Origin: Wenzhouxiangella sp.
Lineage (GTDB): Bacteria; Pseudomonadota; Gammaproteobacteria; Xanthomonadales; Wenzhouxiangellaceae
Direction: 5' to 3'
Assembly: GCA_035302305.1 (NCBI GenBank)
Contig: DATGSU010000126.1
Location: 5,236 to 69,235 of the forward strand
Length of the DNA stretch: 64,000 nt
The notes beneath the pieces are model-generated. The model had not been told where the DNA came from. It saw only the letters and a list, made by a program, of their open reading frames with translations, and ran no database searches. Position numbers and translations under genes: made by a program. Numbering within the stretch: the stretch's first letter is position 1; each line of letters opens with the position of its first letter. Below are positions 1 through 11,518 of this stretch, piece by piece.

Positions 1-369
1 ATGATCCAGATGCAATCAAGGCTTTCTGTAGCCGATAACAGCGGTGCGCGTGACGTCATGTGCATCAAGGTGTTGGGCGGCTCAAAGCGCCGTTATGCCA
101 ACATCGGCGATATCATCAAGGTGACAGTGCGCGATGCCATCCCGCGCGGGCGGGTAAAGAAGGGCGAGGTTTACAACGCCGTTGTGGTGCGGACTGCCAA
201 GGGTGTGCGCCGCCGTGACGGATCGTTGATCAGGTTTGACAACAACGCTGCCGTACTGCTCAACAGCAAGCTTGAGCCGATTGGCACGCGAATTTTCGGA
301 CCGGTGACCCGCGAGCTGCGCACCAACCAGTTCATGAAAATTGTGTCATTGGCACCGGAAGTTTTGTAA
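1..369 (+). CDS. rplN: 50S ribosomal protein L14
   Basis: [16 protein letters not shown]...IVSLAPEVL, canonical L14; first gene of spc operon. Confidence 0.99.
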   Translation: MIQMQSRLSVADNSGARDVMCIKVLGGSKRRYANIGDIIKVTVRDAIPRGRVKKGEVYNAVVVRTAKGVRRRDGSLIRFDNNAAVLLNSKLEPIGTRIFGPVTRELRTNQFMKIVSLAPEVL

Positions 370-379
370 GGAGAGCAGC

Positions 380-697
380 ATGAAGCGTATTCGCAAGGGC
401 GATGAGGTTATCGTGATAGCCGGCCGCAGCAAGGGCCAGCGCGGGCATGTGCTCAGGGTGCTGAAGGATCAGCGTTTGCTCGTTGAGAATGTCAACATGA
501 TCAAGCGTCATCAGAAGCCAGACCCGCAGATCCAGCAGCCCGGTGGAATCATCGAGCGGGAGGCGCCGATACATGCCTCCAACGTCATGCTGTTCAACCC
601 CACCACCGGCAAGGGTGACCGGGTTGGTTTCAAGCTGCTTGAAGACGGTCGCAAGGTGCGCTTCTATCGTGAAACAGGTGAGGTTGTCGATATCTGA
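380..697 (+). CDS. rplX: 50S ribosomal protein L24
   Basis: [18 protein letters not shown] motif, [15 protein letters not shown]; ATG at 380 after AGGAG. Confidence 0.98.
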   Translation: MKRIRKGDEVIVIAGRSKGQRGHVLRVLKDQRLLVENVNMIKRHQKPDPQIQQPGGIIEREAPIHASNVMLFNPTTGKGDRVGFKLLEDGRKVRFYRETGEVVDI

Positions 698-773
698 CAG
701 CTGGTTTTGAGGCTGGCATTCAGCCTCCGACACATTGCGGCAGCGGCCGGCAACAGAGATTTTGGAAAAGACA

Positions 774-1316
774 ATGGCAAGGCTTAAAGAATATTACAGG
801 GATGAAGTGGTCGGCCAACTGACCGAGCGCTTTGGTTATTCCAACCCCATGCAGGTGCCGAAACTGTCCCATATCACCATTAACATGGGTGTGGGCGAGG
901 CCGTGGGCGACAGAAAGGTCATGGATCATGCGGTGTCTGACATGGCAAAGATTGCCGGCCAGCATCCGATTGTTACCAAGGCGCGCAAGTCGGTGGCCAG
1001 CTTCAAGATCCGCGATGATTATCCCATCGGCTGCAAGGTAACCCTGCGGCGAGAGAGAATGTATGAGTTCCTGGACAGGCTCATCAATGTTTCACTGCCG
1101 CGGGTGCGCGATTTCCGCGGCCTGCCGCGCAGGTCTTTTGACGGCCGCGGCAACTACAACCTGGGCATCAGGGAGCAGATCATCTTCCCTGAGATCGACT
1201 ATGACCAGGTTGACAAGCTGCGTGGAATGGATATCGCAATCACTACAACCGCGAATACCGACGAAGAGGGGTTCGCCCTTCTCCAGGCCTTCGGTTTTCC
1301 GTTTCGCGACAAGTAA
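774..1316 (+). CDS. rplE: 50S ribosomal protein L5
   Basis: MARLKEYY...NMGVGEA...[20 protein letters not shown]; start moved to ATG 774. Confidence 0.98.
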   Translation: MARLKEYYRDEVVGQLTERFGYSNPMQVPKLSHITINMGVGEAVGDRKVMDHAVSDMAKIAGQHPIVTKARKSVASFKIRDDYPIGCKVTLRRERMYEFLDRLINVSLPRVRDFRGLPRRSFDGRGNYNLGIREQIIFPEIDYDQVDKLRGMDIAITTTANTDEEGFALLQAFGFPFRDK

Positions 1317-1328
1317 GGAGAGCTAGCA

Positions 1329-1634
1329 ATGGCCAAGGTTTCTATGATTCAGCGTGAGGTCAGGCGTGAAAGGCTGGTCAAAAAATATGCCAGCAAGCGC
1401 GCCGAGCTTAAAAAGATCATTTCCGATCCCGACGTTGATTACGATGACAAGCAGGCAGCAATGCATGCGCTTAACAAGCTGCCCAGAGACTCATCGCCGG
1501 TTCGCAGGCGCAACCGGTGCCGTCAGTCCGGCAGGCCGCGCGGTGTTTATCGCAAGTTTGGCCTGGGGCGCAACAAGCTTCGCAAGGCTGCCATGCGCGG
1601 CGATATCCCCGGCCTGCGCAAGTCCAGCTGGTAA
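1329..1634 (+). CDS. rpsN: 30S ribosomal protein S14 (101-aa form)
   Basis: [10 protein letters not shown]...[12 protein letters not shown]...IPGLRKSSW. Confidence 0.98.
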   Translation: MAKVSMIQREVRRERLVKKYASKRAELKKIISDPDVDYDDKQAAMHALNKLPRDSSPVRRRNRCRQSGRPRGVYRKFGLGRNKLRKAAMRGDIPGLRKSSW

Positions 1635-1646
1635 GGAGAGACAGCC

Positions 1647-2042
1647 ATGAGCATGAGTGATCCAATTGCCGATATGCTGATTCGCATCAAGAACGCCCAG
1701 GCGGTTAACAAGCGCAGCGTCAGCATGTCAGCTTCAAACATCAAGGCCGCCATCGCTTCGGTATTGAAGGACGAGGGCTACATCCAGGACTTTGCGCTGG
1801 AAGACGGCAAGGTCGGGCGCGAGCTGCGCATCGACCTCAAGTACATGGAAGGTCGCGGCGTGATTGAAAAGATGGAACGCTACAGCCGGCCCAGCCGTCG
1901 CACCTACTTTGGCAAGGACGAGCTGCCCACGGTGCTTGACGGACTTGGCATCGCCATAGTCAGCACATCGCGCGGTGTGATGACCGACGCGCGTGCGCGC
2001 GCCGAAGGCCACGGCGGTGAAGTGCTGTGCGTGGTTGCCTGA
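1647..2042 (+). CDS. rpsH: 30S ribosomal protein S8
   Basis: [18 protein letters not shown]...[16 protein letters not shown]...GGEVLC. Confidence 0.99.
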   Translation: MSMSDPIADMLIRIKNAQAVNKRSVSMSASNIKAAIASVLKDEGYIQDFALEDGKVGRELRIDLKYMEGRGVIEKMERYSRPSRRTYFGKDELPTVLDGLGIAIVSTSRGVMTDARARAEGHGGEVLCVVA

Positions 2043-2064
2043 CCGGTTTTTGGAGATTTGAGCA

Positions 2065-2592
2065 ATGTCAAGAATAGCCAACGCACCCATTGAACTGCCC
2101 AAGGGCGTGGAGTTCAACTATGACGCCGGGCAGGCCAGCGCCAAGGGCAGCAAGGGTGAGCTGAAAATGAACATTCACCCCGATGTCGCCCTGCAAATTG
2201 ATGATGGCACCGTGCGCGTGGTGGCTTCAGGCGCCCATGCGGCCGCCGTTGCCGGCACCATGCGGTCACTGGTGGCCAACATGATTCATGGCGTCAGCCA
2301 GGGTTTTGAAAGGAAGCTTCAGCTGGTCGGCGTGGGCTATCGTGCCCAGGCCCAGGGCAACAAGCTCAACCTGCAGCTGGGTTTCAGCCATCCTGTCGAG
2401 TTCGAGGTGCCCGAAGGCGTTTCCATCGAGACGCCCAGCCAGACCGAGGTTGTGGTTCGCGGAAGCGACAAGCAGCTGGTTGGCCAGGTGGCCGCAAAGA
2501 TTCGGGCCTACCGCCCGCCCGAGCCATACAAGGGCAAGGGCGTAAGGTATGAGGATGAATACGTGCTGATGAAGGAAGCCAAGAAGGCTTGA
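2065..2592 (+). CDS. rplF: 50S ribosomal protein L6
   Basis: MSRIANAPI...[13 protein letters not shown]. Confidence 0.99.
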   Translation: MSRIANAPIELPKGVEFNYDAGQASAKGSKGELKMNIHPDVALQIDDGTVRVVASGAHAAAVAGTMRSLVANMIHGVSQGFERKLQLVGVGYRAQAQGNKLNLQLGFSHPVEFEVPEGVSIETPSQTEVVVRGSDKQLVGQVAAKIRAYRPPEPYKGKGVRYEDEYVLMKEAKKA

Positions 2593-2602
2593 GGAAGCAA
2601 TC

Positions 2603-2959
2603 ATGAACTACAAGGAAAAATCGAGATTGCGACGGGCTCGCAAGACGCGCGCCAGAATCGCCCGTTCGGGCAAGGCGCGTTTGAGCGTGTTCCGCTCCGG
2701 CCGTCATATTTATGCGCAGGTGATCGCGCCCGGTGGTGGCACCACCCTGGCAGCGGCATCAACCCTGCAAAAGGACGTGGCCGAGGGCCTCGAGAGCACC
2801 TGCAATATTGCAGCAGCCAGGGCGGTTGGGCAAAAGATTGCCGAACGCAGCCTGCAGGCCGGAGTCGAGGATGTGGCTTTCGACCGCTCGGGCTACAAAT
2901 ACCACGGACGGGTGAAGGCGCTGGCGGATGCCGCGCGTGAAGCCGGTCTGAAGTTTTAA
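2603..2959 (+). CDS. rplR: 50S ribosomal protein L18
   Basis: [14 protein letters not shown]...[26 protein letters not shown]. Confidence 0.99.
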   Translation: MNYKEKSRLRRARKTRARIARSGKARLSVFRSGRHIYAQVIAPGGGTTLAAASTLQKDVAEGLESTCNIAAARAVGQKIAERSLQAGVEDVAFDRSGYKYHGRVKALADAAREAGLKF

Positions 2960-2976
2960 CGTAAACGGAACTGATC

Positions 2977-3483
2977 ATGGCAAGAGAAAACATCTCCGAC
3001 GATCTGATTGAGAAGCTGGTAACGGTCAATCGAGTTGTCAAAGTGGTCAAGGGTGGCCGTCATTTCAGCTTCACGGCGCTTGCAGTCGTGGGTGATGGCG
3101 AGGGCAAGGTCGGCTTTGGCTATGGCAAGGCCCGCGAAGTGCCCCTGGCAATTCAAAAAGCCATGGAACGGGCGCGCCGCGACATGGTCACCATTTCGCT
3201 TAATGAGGGGACCCTTTGGCACCCTCTCAAATCGCGCCACAGCGGCTCGCGCGTCTATATGCAGCCGGCCTCTGAAGGTACGGGCGTAATTGCCGGCGGC
3301 CCCATGCGCGCAGTTTTCGAAGCGGTGGGCGTTCATGATGTTCTGGCCAAGAGCATTGGGTCGAACAACCCCATCAACCTGGTGCGGGCCACCATGAAGG
3401 GCCTGCAGGCGATGATGTCACCTGAAAAGGTTGCCGCCAAGCGCGGCAAGTCGGTAGAAGAGGTCCTGGCTAACCATGGCTGA
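2977..3483 (+). CDS. rpsE: 30S ribosomal protein S5
   Basis: [25 protein letters not shown]...GTGVIAGG. Confidence 0.99.
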   Translation: MARENISDDLIEKLVTVNRVVKVVKGGRHFSFTALAVVGDGEGKVGFGYGKAREVPLAIQKAMERARRDMVTISLNEGTLWHPLKSRHSGSRVYMQPASEGTGVIAGGPMRAVFEAVGVHDVLAKSIGSNNPINLVRATMKGLQAMMSPEKVAAKRGKSVEEVLANHG

Positions 3484-3670
3484 AAACACCCACAAGAAGA
3501 TTCGCGTTACTCTGGTGCGCAGCATCAACAGCACGCTTGCCAAGCATCGCCTGACGGTGCGTGGTCTTGGCCTGCGCCGCATGCATCACAGCGTCGAGCT
3601 GGAAGACACGCCGGCAATTCGCGGCATGATCAGACAGGTTGACTATCTGCTCCAGGTTGAAGAAGTCTGA
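3476..3670 (+). CDS. rpmD: 50S ribosomal protein L30
   Basis: IRVTLVRS...GLGLRR...DTPAIRGMI; position between rpsE and rplO. Confidence 0.97.
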   Translation: MAENTHKKIRVTLVRSINSTLAKHRLTVRGLGLRRMHHSVELEDTPAIRGMIRQVDYLLQVEEV

Positions 3671-3694
3671 CAAATATTTTTTTAGGCAGCGATT

Positions 3695-4126
3695 ATGAAA
3701 CTCAACACAATTCAGCCTGCAAAAGGCAGCCGCAGGGCCCGCAAGCGCATTGGGCGCGGAATTGGCTCCGGTTTTGGAAAAACCGGCGGCCGTGGCCACA
3801 AGGGTCAAAAGGCGCGCTCGGGCGGCTACACCAAGGTCGGCTTTGAAGGCGGCCAGATGCCCATTCAGCGTCGTTTGCCAAAGGTGGGTTTTCGCTCGGC
3901 GGTGAATACCCACACCGCGGAACTGCGCCTTTACCAGCTTGGCGGGCTCAAGTCCGACGTGATCGATCTTGATACGCTCAAGGAGGCCGGCCTCGTCTCG
4001 CGTTCAACCAAAAAGGTGCGCCTGATCAAGGCGGGCGAGATCGACCGGGCACTTACCGTGCGCGGCATTTACGTAACCAAAGGAGCGGCCGAAGCTGTAG
4101 AGGCTGCCGGCGGCAAGGTCGAGTAA
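3695..4126 (+). CDS. rplO: 50S ribosomal protein L15
   Basis: [21 protein letters not shown]...[15 protein letters not shown]. Confidence 0.99.
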   Translation: MKLNTIQPAKGSRRARKRIGRGIGSGFGKTGGRGHKGQKARSGGYTKVGFEGGQMPIQRRLPKVGFRSAVNTHTAELRLYQLGGLKSDVIDLDTLKEAGLVSRSTKKVRLIKAGEIDRALTVRGIYVTKGAAEAVEAAGGKVE

Positions 4127-5484
4127 TGGCGCGCAGTTCATCAGAAATGGCGGGCATGCTTGGCGGCATAGGGCGCCTGAAAGAGCTCAGGCAGCGCCTG
4201 TTTGTCGTGGTGCTTGTCCTGATGATTTTCCGTTTTGGAACGTTCATACCGGTTCCGGGAATCAACCCGATTGCCCTGATCGACCTGATGGACATGTCCA
4301 GCGGAACCATTGTTGACATGTTCAACATGTTTTCGGGCGGCGCGCTGGGACGGTTTTCAATCTTTGCGCTCGGCGTCATGCCCTATATTTCAGCGGCCAT
4401 TATTATTCAGCTCATGAGCCATGCCCTGCCGCAGCTGCAGCAGTTGCGCAAGGAAGGCGAGTCGGGCCGCAGAAAGATTACCCAGTACACCCGCTATTTC
4501 ACGGTTTTGCTGGCGCTCTTTCAGTCGTTTGGCGTGGCCATGGCGCTGCAGAGCCAAAGCGCCGGTGCCGGGCTGCCTGTTGTGATTGTCCCCGGTGCAG
4601 GCTTCATCATTGCCGCGGTCATCACGCTGACATCAGGAACCGTGTTTTTGATGTGGCTGGGTGAGCAGGTTACCGAACGCGGCATAGGAAACGGAATTTC
4701 CATTCTTATTTCGGCGGGCATCATTGCCGGGCTTCCACAGGCTGTGGGTGCCACGCTCGAGCTGGTCAGAACCGGACAGCTCGGGATCTTGACCGCCACT
4801 TTCCTGCTCGCCCTGGCATTGGCAGTCACCGCATTCATTGTGTTTGTCGAGCGCGGACAGCGGCGCATAACGGTCAACTATGCACAAAGACAGGGGCGCC
4901 GGGCGTATCGCAACCAGTCCACGCATCTTCCGCTCAAGCTGAACATGTCGGGCGTAATCCCGCCCATTTTTGCTTCCAGCCTGGTGCTGTTTCCGGCAAC
5001 GGCGTCCACGTGGTTTGGCCAGGCCGCCAGCGGTGGCTGGATGCAGAACATAGCCCAGCAGCTGAGCCCGGGACAGCCGATTTACATCACGATATACGGC
5101 GGTCTGGTTATTTTCTTCTGCTTTTTCTACACGGCGATTGTTTTCAACTCCAAGGAAACGGCAGACAACCTGAAAAGATCGGGTGCCTTTGTTCCGGGTA
5201 TCCGTCCGGGACGCCACACAGCGGAATACATCGATTACATTCTTACCAGGCTGACGCTGATTGGCTCCATCTACTTGACAGCCGTTTGCCTGCTGCCGGA
5301 ATTCTTGATCATGAAGTGGAACGTGCCGTTCTACCTGGGCGGAACATCACTTCTGATCATTGTGGTTGTGATGATGGACTTCATGGCCCAGCTGCAGGCT
5401 CACCTGATGTCACATCAGTATGACAGCCTGCTTAAAAAATCCAACCTCAGGGGCTACGGAAGCAGAGGCGTGGTTCGTCGCTGA
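4126..5484 (+). CDS. secY: Preprotein translocase subunit SecY
   Basis: Multi-TM; [33 protein letters not shown] motifs. Confidence 0.99.
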   Translation: MARSSSEMAGMLGGIGRLKELRQRLFVVVLVLMIFRFGTFIPVPGINPIALIDLMDMSSGTIVDMFNMFSGGALGRFSIFALGVMPYISAAIIIQLMSHALPQLQQLRKEGESGRRKITQYTRYFTVLLALFQSFGVAMALQSQSAGAGLPVVIVPGAGFIIAAVITLTSGTVFLMWLGEQVTERGIGNGISILISAGIIAGLPQAVGATLELVRTGQLGILTATFLLALALAVTAFIVFVERGQRRITVNYAQRQGRRAYRNQSTHLPLKLNMSGVIPPIFASSLVLFPATASTWFGQAASGGWMQNIAQQLSPGQPIYITIYGGLVIFFCFFYTAIVFNSKETADNLKRSGAFVPGIRPGRHTAEYIDYILTRLTLIGSIYLTAVCLLPEFLIMKWNVPFYLGGTSLLIIVVVMMDFMAQLQAHLMSHQYDSLLKKSNLRGYGSRGVVRR

Positions 5485-5523
5485 CAACACTGTGGCCGCA
5501 ACGGAAACAAGTGGAGAACTAGG

Positions 5524-5637
5524 ATGAAGGTTCAGGCATCAGTAAAGAAAATTTGCCGCAATTGCAGAATCGTCAGGCGCAAGGGCGTTGTGCACGTTAT
5601 CTGCAGTGATCCAAGGCACAAGCAGCGCCAGGGCTGA
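5524..5637 (+). CDS. rpmJ: 50S ribosomal protein L36 (Zn-binding form)
   Basis: Translated by hand (not in ORF track): [37 protein letters not shown]. Confidence 0.97.
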   Translation: MKVQASVKKICRNCRIVRRKGVVHVICSDPRHKQRQG

Positions 5638-5657
5638 TTGCCGGTTTATATTGATCC

Positions 5658-5686
5658 TTGGCATATGCATCACAATCTGCTAAAAT
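5658..5686 (+). promoter_or_regulatory. Putative sigma70 promoter of alpha operon
   Basis: TTGGCA-17 nt-TAAAAT upstream of rpsM. Confidence 0.6.
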
Positions 5687-5731
5687 GGCCGGTTTGTGTT
5701 GCGCCAATACGACCAGTTTCGGAGTAATTGA

Positions 5732-6085
5732 ATGGCACGAATAGCAGGCGTCAACCTGCCCGTACAGAAGCATGTCTGGGTGGCTCTGACTCATATTTAC
5801 GGAATCGGGCGCAGCCGCGCTCTTCAGATATGCAGCGCAGCCGGTGTGGCTCCTGACACCAAAGTCAGGGATCTGACCGAAGGCGAGCAGGAAAAGCTGC
5901 GGCAGGCGGTCGACCAGATCCGGGTGGAAGGAGATCTGCGGCGCGAGGTGTCCATGAGCATTAAAAGGCTGATGGACCTGGGCTGCTATCGCGGCCTGCG
6001 CCACCGGCGCGGTCTGCCGGTGCGGGGTCAGCGCACGCGCACCAACGCCCGTACCCGCAAGGGTCCACGTCGTCCTATTCGTTGA
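5732..6085 (+). CDS. rpsM: 30S ribosomal protein S13
   Basis: [10 protein letters not shown]...[26 protein letters not shown]. Confidence 0.99.
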   Translation: MARIAGVNLPVQKHVWVALTHIYGIGRSRALQICSAAGVAPDTKVRDLTEGEQEKLRQAVDQIRVEGDLRREVSMSIKRLMDLGCYRGLRHRRGLPVRGQRTRTNARTRKGPRRPIR

Positions 6086-6097
6086 GGAATTTAGAAT

Positions 6098-6511
6098 ATG
6101 GCCAAGCAGCAAGGCAACAAGACCAAAAGCGCAGCCAGCAAGCAGCGCAGGCGACCCAGAAGAAATGTCGTGGATGGCATCGCCCATATTCAGGCGTCAT
6201 TCAACAACACCATCATCACAATCACCGATCGCCAGGGCAATACGGTGTCGTGGGCCACAGCCGGAGGTTCCGGGTTTCGCGGTTCACGCAAATCCACTCC
6301 TTTTGCGGCCCAGGTGGCAGCCGACAACGCCGGTCGTGCAGCGCAGGAACAGGGCATGAAGAACCTTGAGGTCAGGGTCAGTGGACCAGGGCCGGGGCGG
6401 GAGTCGTCCATTCGTTCCCTGAACGCGGTGGGGCTGAAGATCAGCAACATTACTGACGTTACCCCGATTCCTCACAATGGCTGCCGTCCACCGAAAAAGC
6501 GCCGTGTATAA
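6098..6511 (+). CDS. rpsK: 30S ribosomal protein S11
   Basis: [12 protein letters not shown]...[11 protein letters not shown]...[18 protein letters not shown]. Confidence 0.99.
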   Translation: MAKQQGNKTKSAASKQRRRPRRNVVDGIAHIQASFNNTIITITDRQGNTVSWATAGGSGFRGSRKSTPFAAQVAADNAGRAAQEQGMKNLEVRVSGPGPGRESSIRSLNAVGLKISNITDVTPIPHNGCRPPKKRRV

Positions 6512-6541
6512 GGCGCACAAGTAACGGATTAGAGAGAAACA

Positions 6542-7168
6542 ATGGCTAGATATATTGGACCTACCTGCAAGCTGGCTCGCCGTGAGGGCGTAGATCTCGG
6601 GCTCAAAAGCCCGGCGCGCAGCCTTGAGTCAAAGTGCAAACTCAACCAGCCCCCCGGCCAGCATGGCGACAGCCGTCGCCAGCGCCTGTCGGAATATGCG
6701 CTTCAGCTGCGTGAAAAGCAAAAGGTTCGCCGCATCTATGGCGTGCTTGAAAGGCAGTTCAGAAACTATTACAAAACGGCAGCGCGCCGCAAGGGCGCTA
6801 CTGGCGAAAACCTGCTCAAGATGCTGGAAAGCCGTCTTGACAACGTTGTATACCGCCTCGGGTTTGCAGTAACCCGGGCCCAGGCTCGCCAGATGGTCAG
6901 CCATAAATCCATTCTGGTCAACGGCAAGATAGTCAATGTTCCGTCCTACCAGGTTCAGCCTGAAGACAGGGTTGCGGTTCGTGAGCGAGCCAAAAAACAG
7001 CTGCGTGTACAGGAGGCCATAGGTCTGGCGCGTGAGCTTGATCTGGTGCCTGCCTGGATTGATGTCGACTTTGACAAAATGGAGGGCGTGTTCAAGGCAG
7101 CCCCTGACCGGGATGAGTTGCCGCCCGACATTAACGAAAGTCTGATCGTCGAGCTCTATTCAAAGTAA
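6542..7168 (+). CDS. rpsD: 30S ribosomal protein S4
   Basis: [16 protein letters not shown]...[13 protein letters not shown]...LIVELYSK. Confidence 0.99.
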   Translation: MARYIGPTCKLARREGVDLGLKSPARSLESKCKLNQPPGQHGDSRRQRLSEYALQLREKQKVRRIYGVLERQFRNYYKTAARRKGATGENLLKMLESRLDNVVYRLGFAVTRAQARQMVSHKSILVNGKIVNVPSYQVQPEDRVAVRERAKKQLRVQEAIGLARELDLVPAWIDVDFDKMEGVFKAAPDRDELPPDINESLIVELYSK

Positions 7169-7214
7169 GCCGCTTGAGCTGTGGCATCCACAAATCGTTT
7201 TTGGAGAGACTGGC

Positions 7215-8222
7215 ATGTCAGATCAGATAAGTAGCCTTCTCGTCGATATGCTCAAGCCCAAGGGCTTGATCGTTGATGAAATCACGCCGCGCAGATCCAG
7301 AATTACCCTGGAGCCGCTGGAGCGTGGGTTCGGCCACACGCTGGGCAATGCCCTGCGCCGTATTTTGCTGTCTTCAATTCCCGGCAGCGCAATTACGGAA
7401 GTGGAGATAGACGGTGTTTTGCACGAGTACACTGCGGTTGAAGGCCTGCAGGAAGACATCGTCGAAGTGCTGCTCAACCTCAAGGAAGTTGCCGTTCGCA
7501 TGCACTCGCGCGACGAGGCGACCCTGACTCTGAGCAAGGACAAGGCGGGCCCGGTTACCGCCGGAGACATCGAGCTGGCCCATGACATCGAGGTGCTCAA
7601 TCCCGACCATGTCATCTGCACCCTGACCAAGGATGTCAAGCTGAACATGCAGCTCAAGGTGACCCGCGGTGTCGGCTACCACCCGGCCGAAGACAGGCTG
7701 AAGTTTACCGAAGAGGAAAGCCGCACCATTGGCAACCTCAGACTGGATGCGTCGTATTGTCCGGTTCATCGCGTGGCCTATACCGTTGAAAGCGCACGTG
7801 TTGGACAGAGAACCGACCTCGACAAGCTGGTTCTCGATATTGAAACCAACGGCACGATGAGCTGCGAAGACGCGGTCAAGCTGGCGTCAGGAATTCTTAT
7901 CGACCAGATGTCTGTTTTTGCCGAATTCGTGGCGCGTGAAAAAGAAGTGGAAGAGCCGCCGGCAGAAACATTTGACCCGATTCTGCTGCGTCCTATCGAC
8001 GATCTTGAACTAACTGTTCGTTCTGCCAACTGTCTCAAGGCCGAACATATTCAGTACGTGGGCGATCTGGTGCAGCGAACGGAAACCGAGCTGCTCAAGA
8101 CACCCAACCTGGGCAAGAAGTCGCTGACTGAAATCAAGACCGTTCTTGCCAGCCACGAGTTGTCGCTGGGCACCCGCCTGGAAAACTGGCCGCCGCCCAT
8201 GCTGGCGCGCACCGAGCACTGA
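7215..8222 (+). CDS. rpoA: RNA polymerase subunit alpha
   Basis: [46 protein letters not shown]. Confidence 0.99.
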   Translation: MSDQISSLLVDMLKPKGLIVDEITPRRSRITLEPLERGFGHTLGNALRRILLSSIPGSAITEVEIDGVLHEYTAVEGLQEDIVEVLLNLKEVAVRMHSRDEATLTLSKDKAGPVTAGDIELAHDIEVLNPDHVICTLTKDVKLNMQLKVTRGVGYHPAEDRLKFTEEESRTIGNLRLDASYCPVHRVAYTVESARVGQRTDLDKLVLDIETNGTMSCEDAVKLASGILIDQMSVFAEFVAREKEVEEPPAETFDPILLRPIDDLELTVRSANCLKAEHIQYVGDLVQRTETELLKTPNLGKKSLTEIKTVLASHELSLGTRLENWPPPMLARTEH

Positions 8223-8232
8223 GGAGAGAACC

Positions 8233-8616
8233 ATGCGCCATCGTAAAGCTGGTCGTAAGCTGAACAGGACATCGTCGCACCGCAACGCGATGTTTCGCAA
8301 CATGACCTCGAGCCTGTTTGAGCACGAGATCATCAAAACAACCCTGCCCAAGGCCAAGGAGCTGCGTCGGGTTGCAGAGCCGCTGATCACCCTTGCAAGA
8401 GAAGACAGCGTCGCGGCCCGCCGCCTGGCCTTTAACCGCTTGCGCGACCGCGACATTGTCGGCAAGCTGTTTACCGAGCTGGGCCCGCGCTACCGCGAGC
8501 GCCCCGGCGGTTATCTGCGCATACTCAAATGCGGTTACCGCAGCGGCGACAAGGCGCCCATGGCTTTTGTCGAACTCGTCGACAGGCCAGGAGCGCCGGA
8601 CGGCGAGTCAATGTGA
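8233..8616 (+). CDS. rplQ: 50S ribosomal protein L17
   Basis: [17 protein letters not shown]...RPGGYLRI; ATG 8233 after GAGGAG. Confidence 0.99.
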   Translation: MRHRKAGRKLNRTSSHRNAMFRNMTSSLFEHEIIKTTLPKAKELRRVAEPLITLAREDSVAARRLAFNRLRDRDIVGKLFTELGPRYRERPGGYLRILKCGYRSGDKAPMAFVELVDRPGAPDGESM

Positions 8617-8643
8617 TTTAATTCGGGGTAGCCCGGAGGTTCG

Positions 8644-8675
8644 AAAAAGCCCGGACATGGTTCCGGGCTTTTTTT
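8644..8675 (+). terminator. Intrinsic terminator of alpha operon
   Basis: AAAAAGCCCGGA-catggt-TCCGGGCTTTTTTT. Confidence 0.85.
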
Positions 8676-8868
8676 CTGTCTGACACTTTCGCCTTGAGGT
8701 GATGGCAGGATGCCCCAAGTTTGTTCACGATGACCGGGAAACCGAATTCTGTGACCGGGCGGCCGCATGATCATTGCCCGCAGCTGCAGTTTTAATGTGC
8801 TGCAGCCAGCCCTGAATTGAAGAGGCCGGCGTCTTCACGTATTTCTCTTAACAACCAATGGAGTTTGA

Positions 8869-10683
8869 ATGGCTGTGGACAAGCAACGACCGGAAAAGTC
8901 CAGTCATTTGGGTTCGCTGCGATCGCTCAGGCCGTTCGTGTCGCGCTATCGTGTGCAGATCGGCCTGGCGCTGATTTTTCTGCTTGTTTCCACTGCTGGC
9001 GTCATTGCCATACCGGCTGCCGCGGGCCAGGTGATTGATCGCGGCTTCATGGCCGACAATATCGCCAATATCGATCGCTGGTTCTGGCTGCTGTTTGCTG
9101 CCGCTGCCACCATGGCCATAGGTGGAGGGCTGCGTTTTTACTGGGTTACCTGGCTGGGGCAGCGGGTCATAGCCGATGTGCGCAAGTCTGTTTATGAGCG
9201 TGTTTTGGCCATGCCGCCCGAGTTTTTCGGAACCACCCGCACGGGCGAGGTGCTGTCGCGGCTCAATACCGACACCACGCTGGTGGAAACCCTGGTTGGC
9301 TCCACGGTTTCATTCGGGGTACGCAACACGCTGATGCTTTTCGGCAGTGCCATTGCGCTGGTGGTCACCTCTCCATCCCTGGCCGGGGTAATTGGTTTGC
9401 TGATAGTTTTCATCATCGTGCCGGCGGTGGTGATAGGGCGCTGGGTGCGCAGGCTGTCGCGCAGTGCCCAGGATCGCGTGGCCGACTTCAGCGCCCACGG
9501 CGATGAAACCATCAATGCTATCCAGACAGTGCAGTCGTTTGCCCAGGAGCAGCGTGAGCAACAGCGCTTTTCGGGTCACGTTGAATCGGCCTTTCTGGCC
9601 AACCGGGACCGGATTCGGGCCAGCGCACTTTTGATCATCACCGTTATTTTGTTCACCTTTGGCGCCATTACCTTTGTGCTGTGGCTGGGTGCCCGCTCGG
9701 TGCTGACGGGCGGAATGAGCGCCGGCCAGCTGGGTCAGTTTGTTTTGTATGCGGCCATTGCCGCCGGTTCGGCGGCCGGACTGAGTGAAATATGGGGACA
9801 GGTGCAGCGGGCAGCCGGCGCCATGGAGCGGCTGGCTGAGCTGCTGGATGCGCGTCCGTCCATAGTAAGCCCGGCTGCGCCCCAGCCGCTGCCGCCCGGC
9901 CCCCTGTCGGTTTCTTTTGACCGGGTATGCTTTGCCTATCCCACCCGCTCCCGGGACAAGGTGCTGCGCCAGCTGTCGTTCAGCATAAATGCCGGTGAAA
10001 CGGTGGCCATAGTCGGCCCTTCCGGCGCCGGCAAGTCAACCCTGTTCCAGCTGCTGCTGCGCTTCTATGACCCGGGGGCAGGGTGTGTAAGCGTGGGTGG
10101 CGTGGATGTGCGTGAGCTGGATATGGTTTCGCTGAGGGAAAAGATCGGGGTTGTGCCCCAGGATGTCGTGATGTTTTCGGGCACGGCCGCAGAAAACATA
10201 GCCTACGGCTGCCCGGACGCGACCACCGACGAGATTCAAAAGGCCGCCAGGCAGGCCCATGCCAGTGAGTTTATCGAGCGCATGCCCGACAAGTACCAGA
10301 CATTTCTGGGTGAGCGCGGCGTGCGTCTGTCGGGCGGACAGCGCCAGCGAATTGCCATTGCCAGGGCCCTGGTCAAAGAGCCCCAGCTGCTGCTTCTTGA
10401 CGAAGCCACCGCCAGCCTGGATGCGGAAAGCGAGCGCCTGGTCCAGGAAGCACTGGACAGCATTGGCCGCGATCGCACCGTGCTGGTCATTGCTCACCGA
10501 CTGGCAACCGTGCAGCGGGCCGATCGCATCGTTGTGCTCGACCAGGGGCAGGTGGTGGCCGAAGGCACCCATCAGCAGCTGATTAACGACAGTCCGCTGT
10601 ATGCCCGCCTCGCCCGGCTGCAGTTTCTTGCCGGCGAGGCTTCAGAACAGGAAAAGACCGGCAGCCGGCCGGCCACGGCCTGA
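8869..10683 (+). CDS. MsbA-related ABC exporter (fused TMD-NBD)
   Basis: N-terminal TM helices; GPSGAGKST Walker A, LSGGQRQ signature, LLLDEAT Walker B. Confidence 0.92.
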   Translation: MAVDKQRPEKSSHLGSLRSLRPFVSRYRVQIGLALIFLLVSTAGVIAIPAAAGQVIDRGFMADNIANIDRWFWLLFAAAATMAIGGGLRFYWVTWLGQRVIADVRKSVYERVLAMPPEFFGTTRTGEVLSRLNTDTTLVETLVGSTVSFGVRNTLMLFGSAIALVVTSPSLAGVIGLLIVFIIVPAVVIGRWVRRLSRSAQDRVADFSAHGDETINAIQTVQSFAQEQREQQRFSGHVESAFLANRDRIRASALLIITVILFTFGAITFVLWLGARSVLTGGMSAGQLGQFVLYAAIAAGSAAGLSEIWGQVQRAAGAMERLAELLDARPSIVSPAAPQPLPPGPLSVSFDRVCFAYPTRSRDKVLRQLSFSINAGETVAIVGPSGAGKSTLFQLLLRFYDPGAGCVSVGGVDVRELDMVSLREKIGVVPQDVVMFSGTAAENIAYGCPDATTDEIQKAARQAHASEFIERMPDKYQTFLGERGVRLSGGQRQRIAIARALVKEPQLLLLDEATASLDAESERLVQEALDSIGRDRTVLVIAHRLATVQRADRIVVLDQGQVVAEGTHQQLINDSPLYARLARLQFLAGEASEQEKTGSRPATA

Positions 10684-10690
10684 TGCGGGC

Positions 10691-11233
10691 TTAAAGAGAC
10701 CAGTAGCGGAATTTCTGGCCGCCCACCGTGGCTTCTGCCATCAGCCCGCCGCGGGCGTGGATAAATACTGCAACGCCCTGTGAGTAGCTTGTTGTGGCTG
10801 CAGCGCCTTCGGTTGCGGCCACAGCGGTGGCCTGGGCTGAAAACTTGAACTTTTCTCCCTGAAAGCGCCGCAGTTCGGTTTTGTCGCGAAAAAATATCAC
10901 CTGGCTGTAGGACTGGGCGCCAATCTGGGCGCCAATGGTGCCCTGCGACACCGAAGTGCGCCCAACGGGCTCACCCTGCTCGAAAACAATGCCGCGCCCA
11001 AAACCGCCGCCAAGCCACAGTCCGCCCTTGCCTATGTTGGGGAACATGGCGTAGCCGTAGGCCTCGTCAACCCAGTCCTGCAGACCGGGGTCGCGGTCTA
11101 TCATGGAGTTGAGGGCCGCGTTGGCTTCGCTGATCAGCGTTGAGCTCGACGGGGTTGAGGCGCACGCTGTGAGCAGCGCCAGCACAATGACTGCTGGCAG
11201 CAGAAAAAACATTCGAATTTGTTCTTTTGGCAT
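10691..11233 (-). CDS. Ysc84/SYLF lipid-binding-domain lipoprotein
   Basis: Lipobox LTAC; FPNIGKGGLWLGGGFGRG, GAQIGAQ, GGLMAEATVGGQKF; start uncertain (11245/11233). Confidence 0.8.
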   Translation of the reverse strand: MPKEQIRMFFLLPAVIVLALLTACASTPSSSTLISEANAALNSMIDRDPGLQDWVDEAYGYAMFPNIGKGGLWLGGGFGRGIVFEQGEPVGRTSVSQGTIGAQIGAQSYSQVIFFRDKTELRRFQGEKFKFSAQATAVAATEGAAATTSYSQGVAVFIHARGGLMAEATVGGQKFRYWSL

Positions 11234-11518
11234 CGGATTCTCCATCGGAATGGTTCGGCATTTGGGTGTTTTGGTTGCCGGGCCGGCATGGCCTGGTGCT
11301 TTGTGCAGTTTACTGCAGGGTGCGCCGCAATCCTTGCCGGCGCCTGGTTCAGGATACTGCGGGCCTGGATCAATTGCCCGTATGTTAACCCGTGGCGGCG
11401 GATTCAGCGCCGGTTTTACTGTGGGCGCTCCAGCCGGCCGCGCAGACGGCACAAAGAAACGCCATCGCCGTTCGAGATGCGGTAGCATCGAAGCTTGTTG
11501 AAAAATGACAGCTGCACA

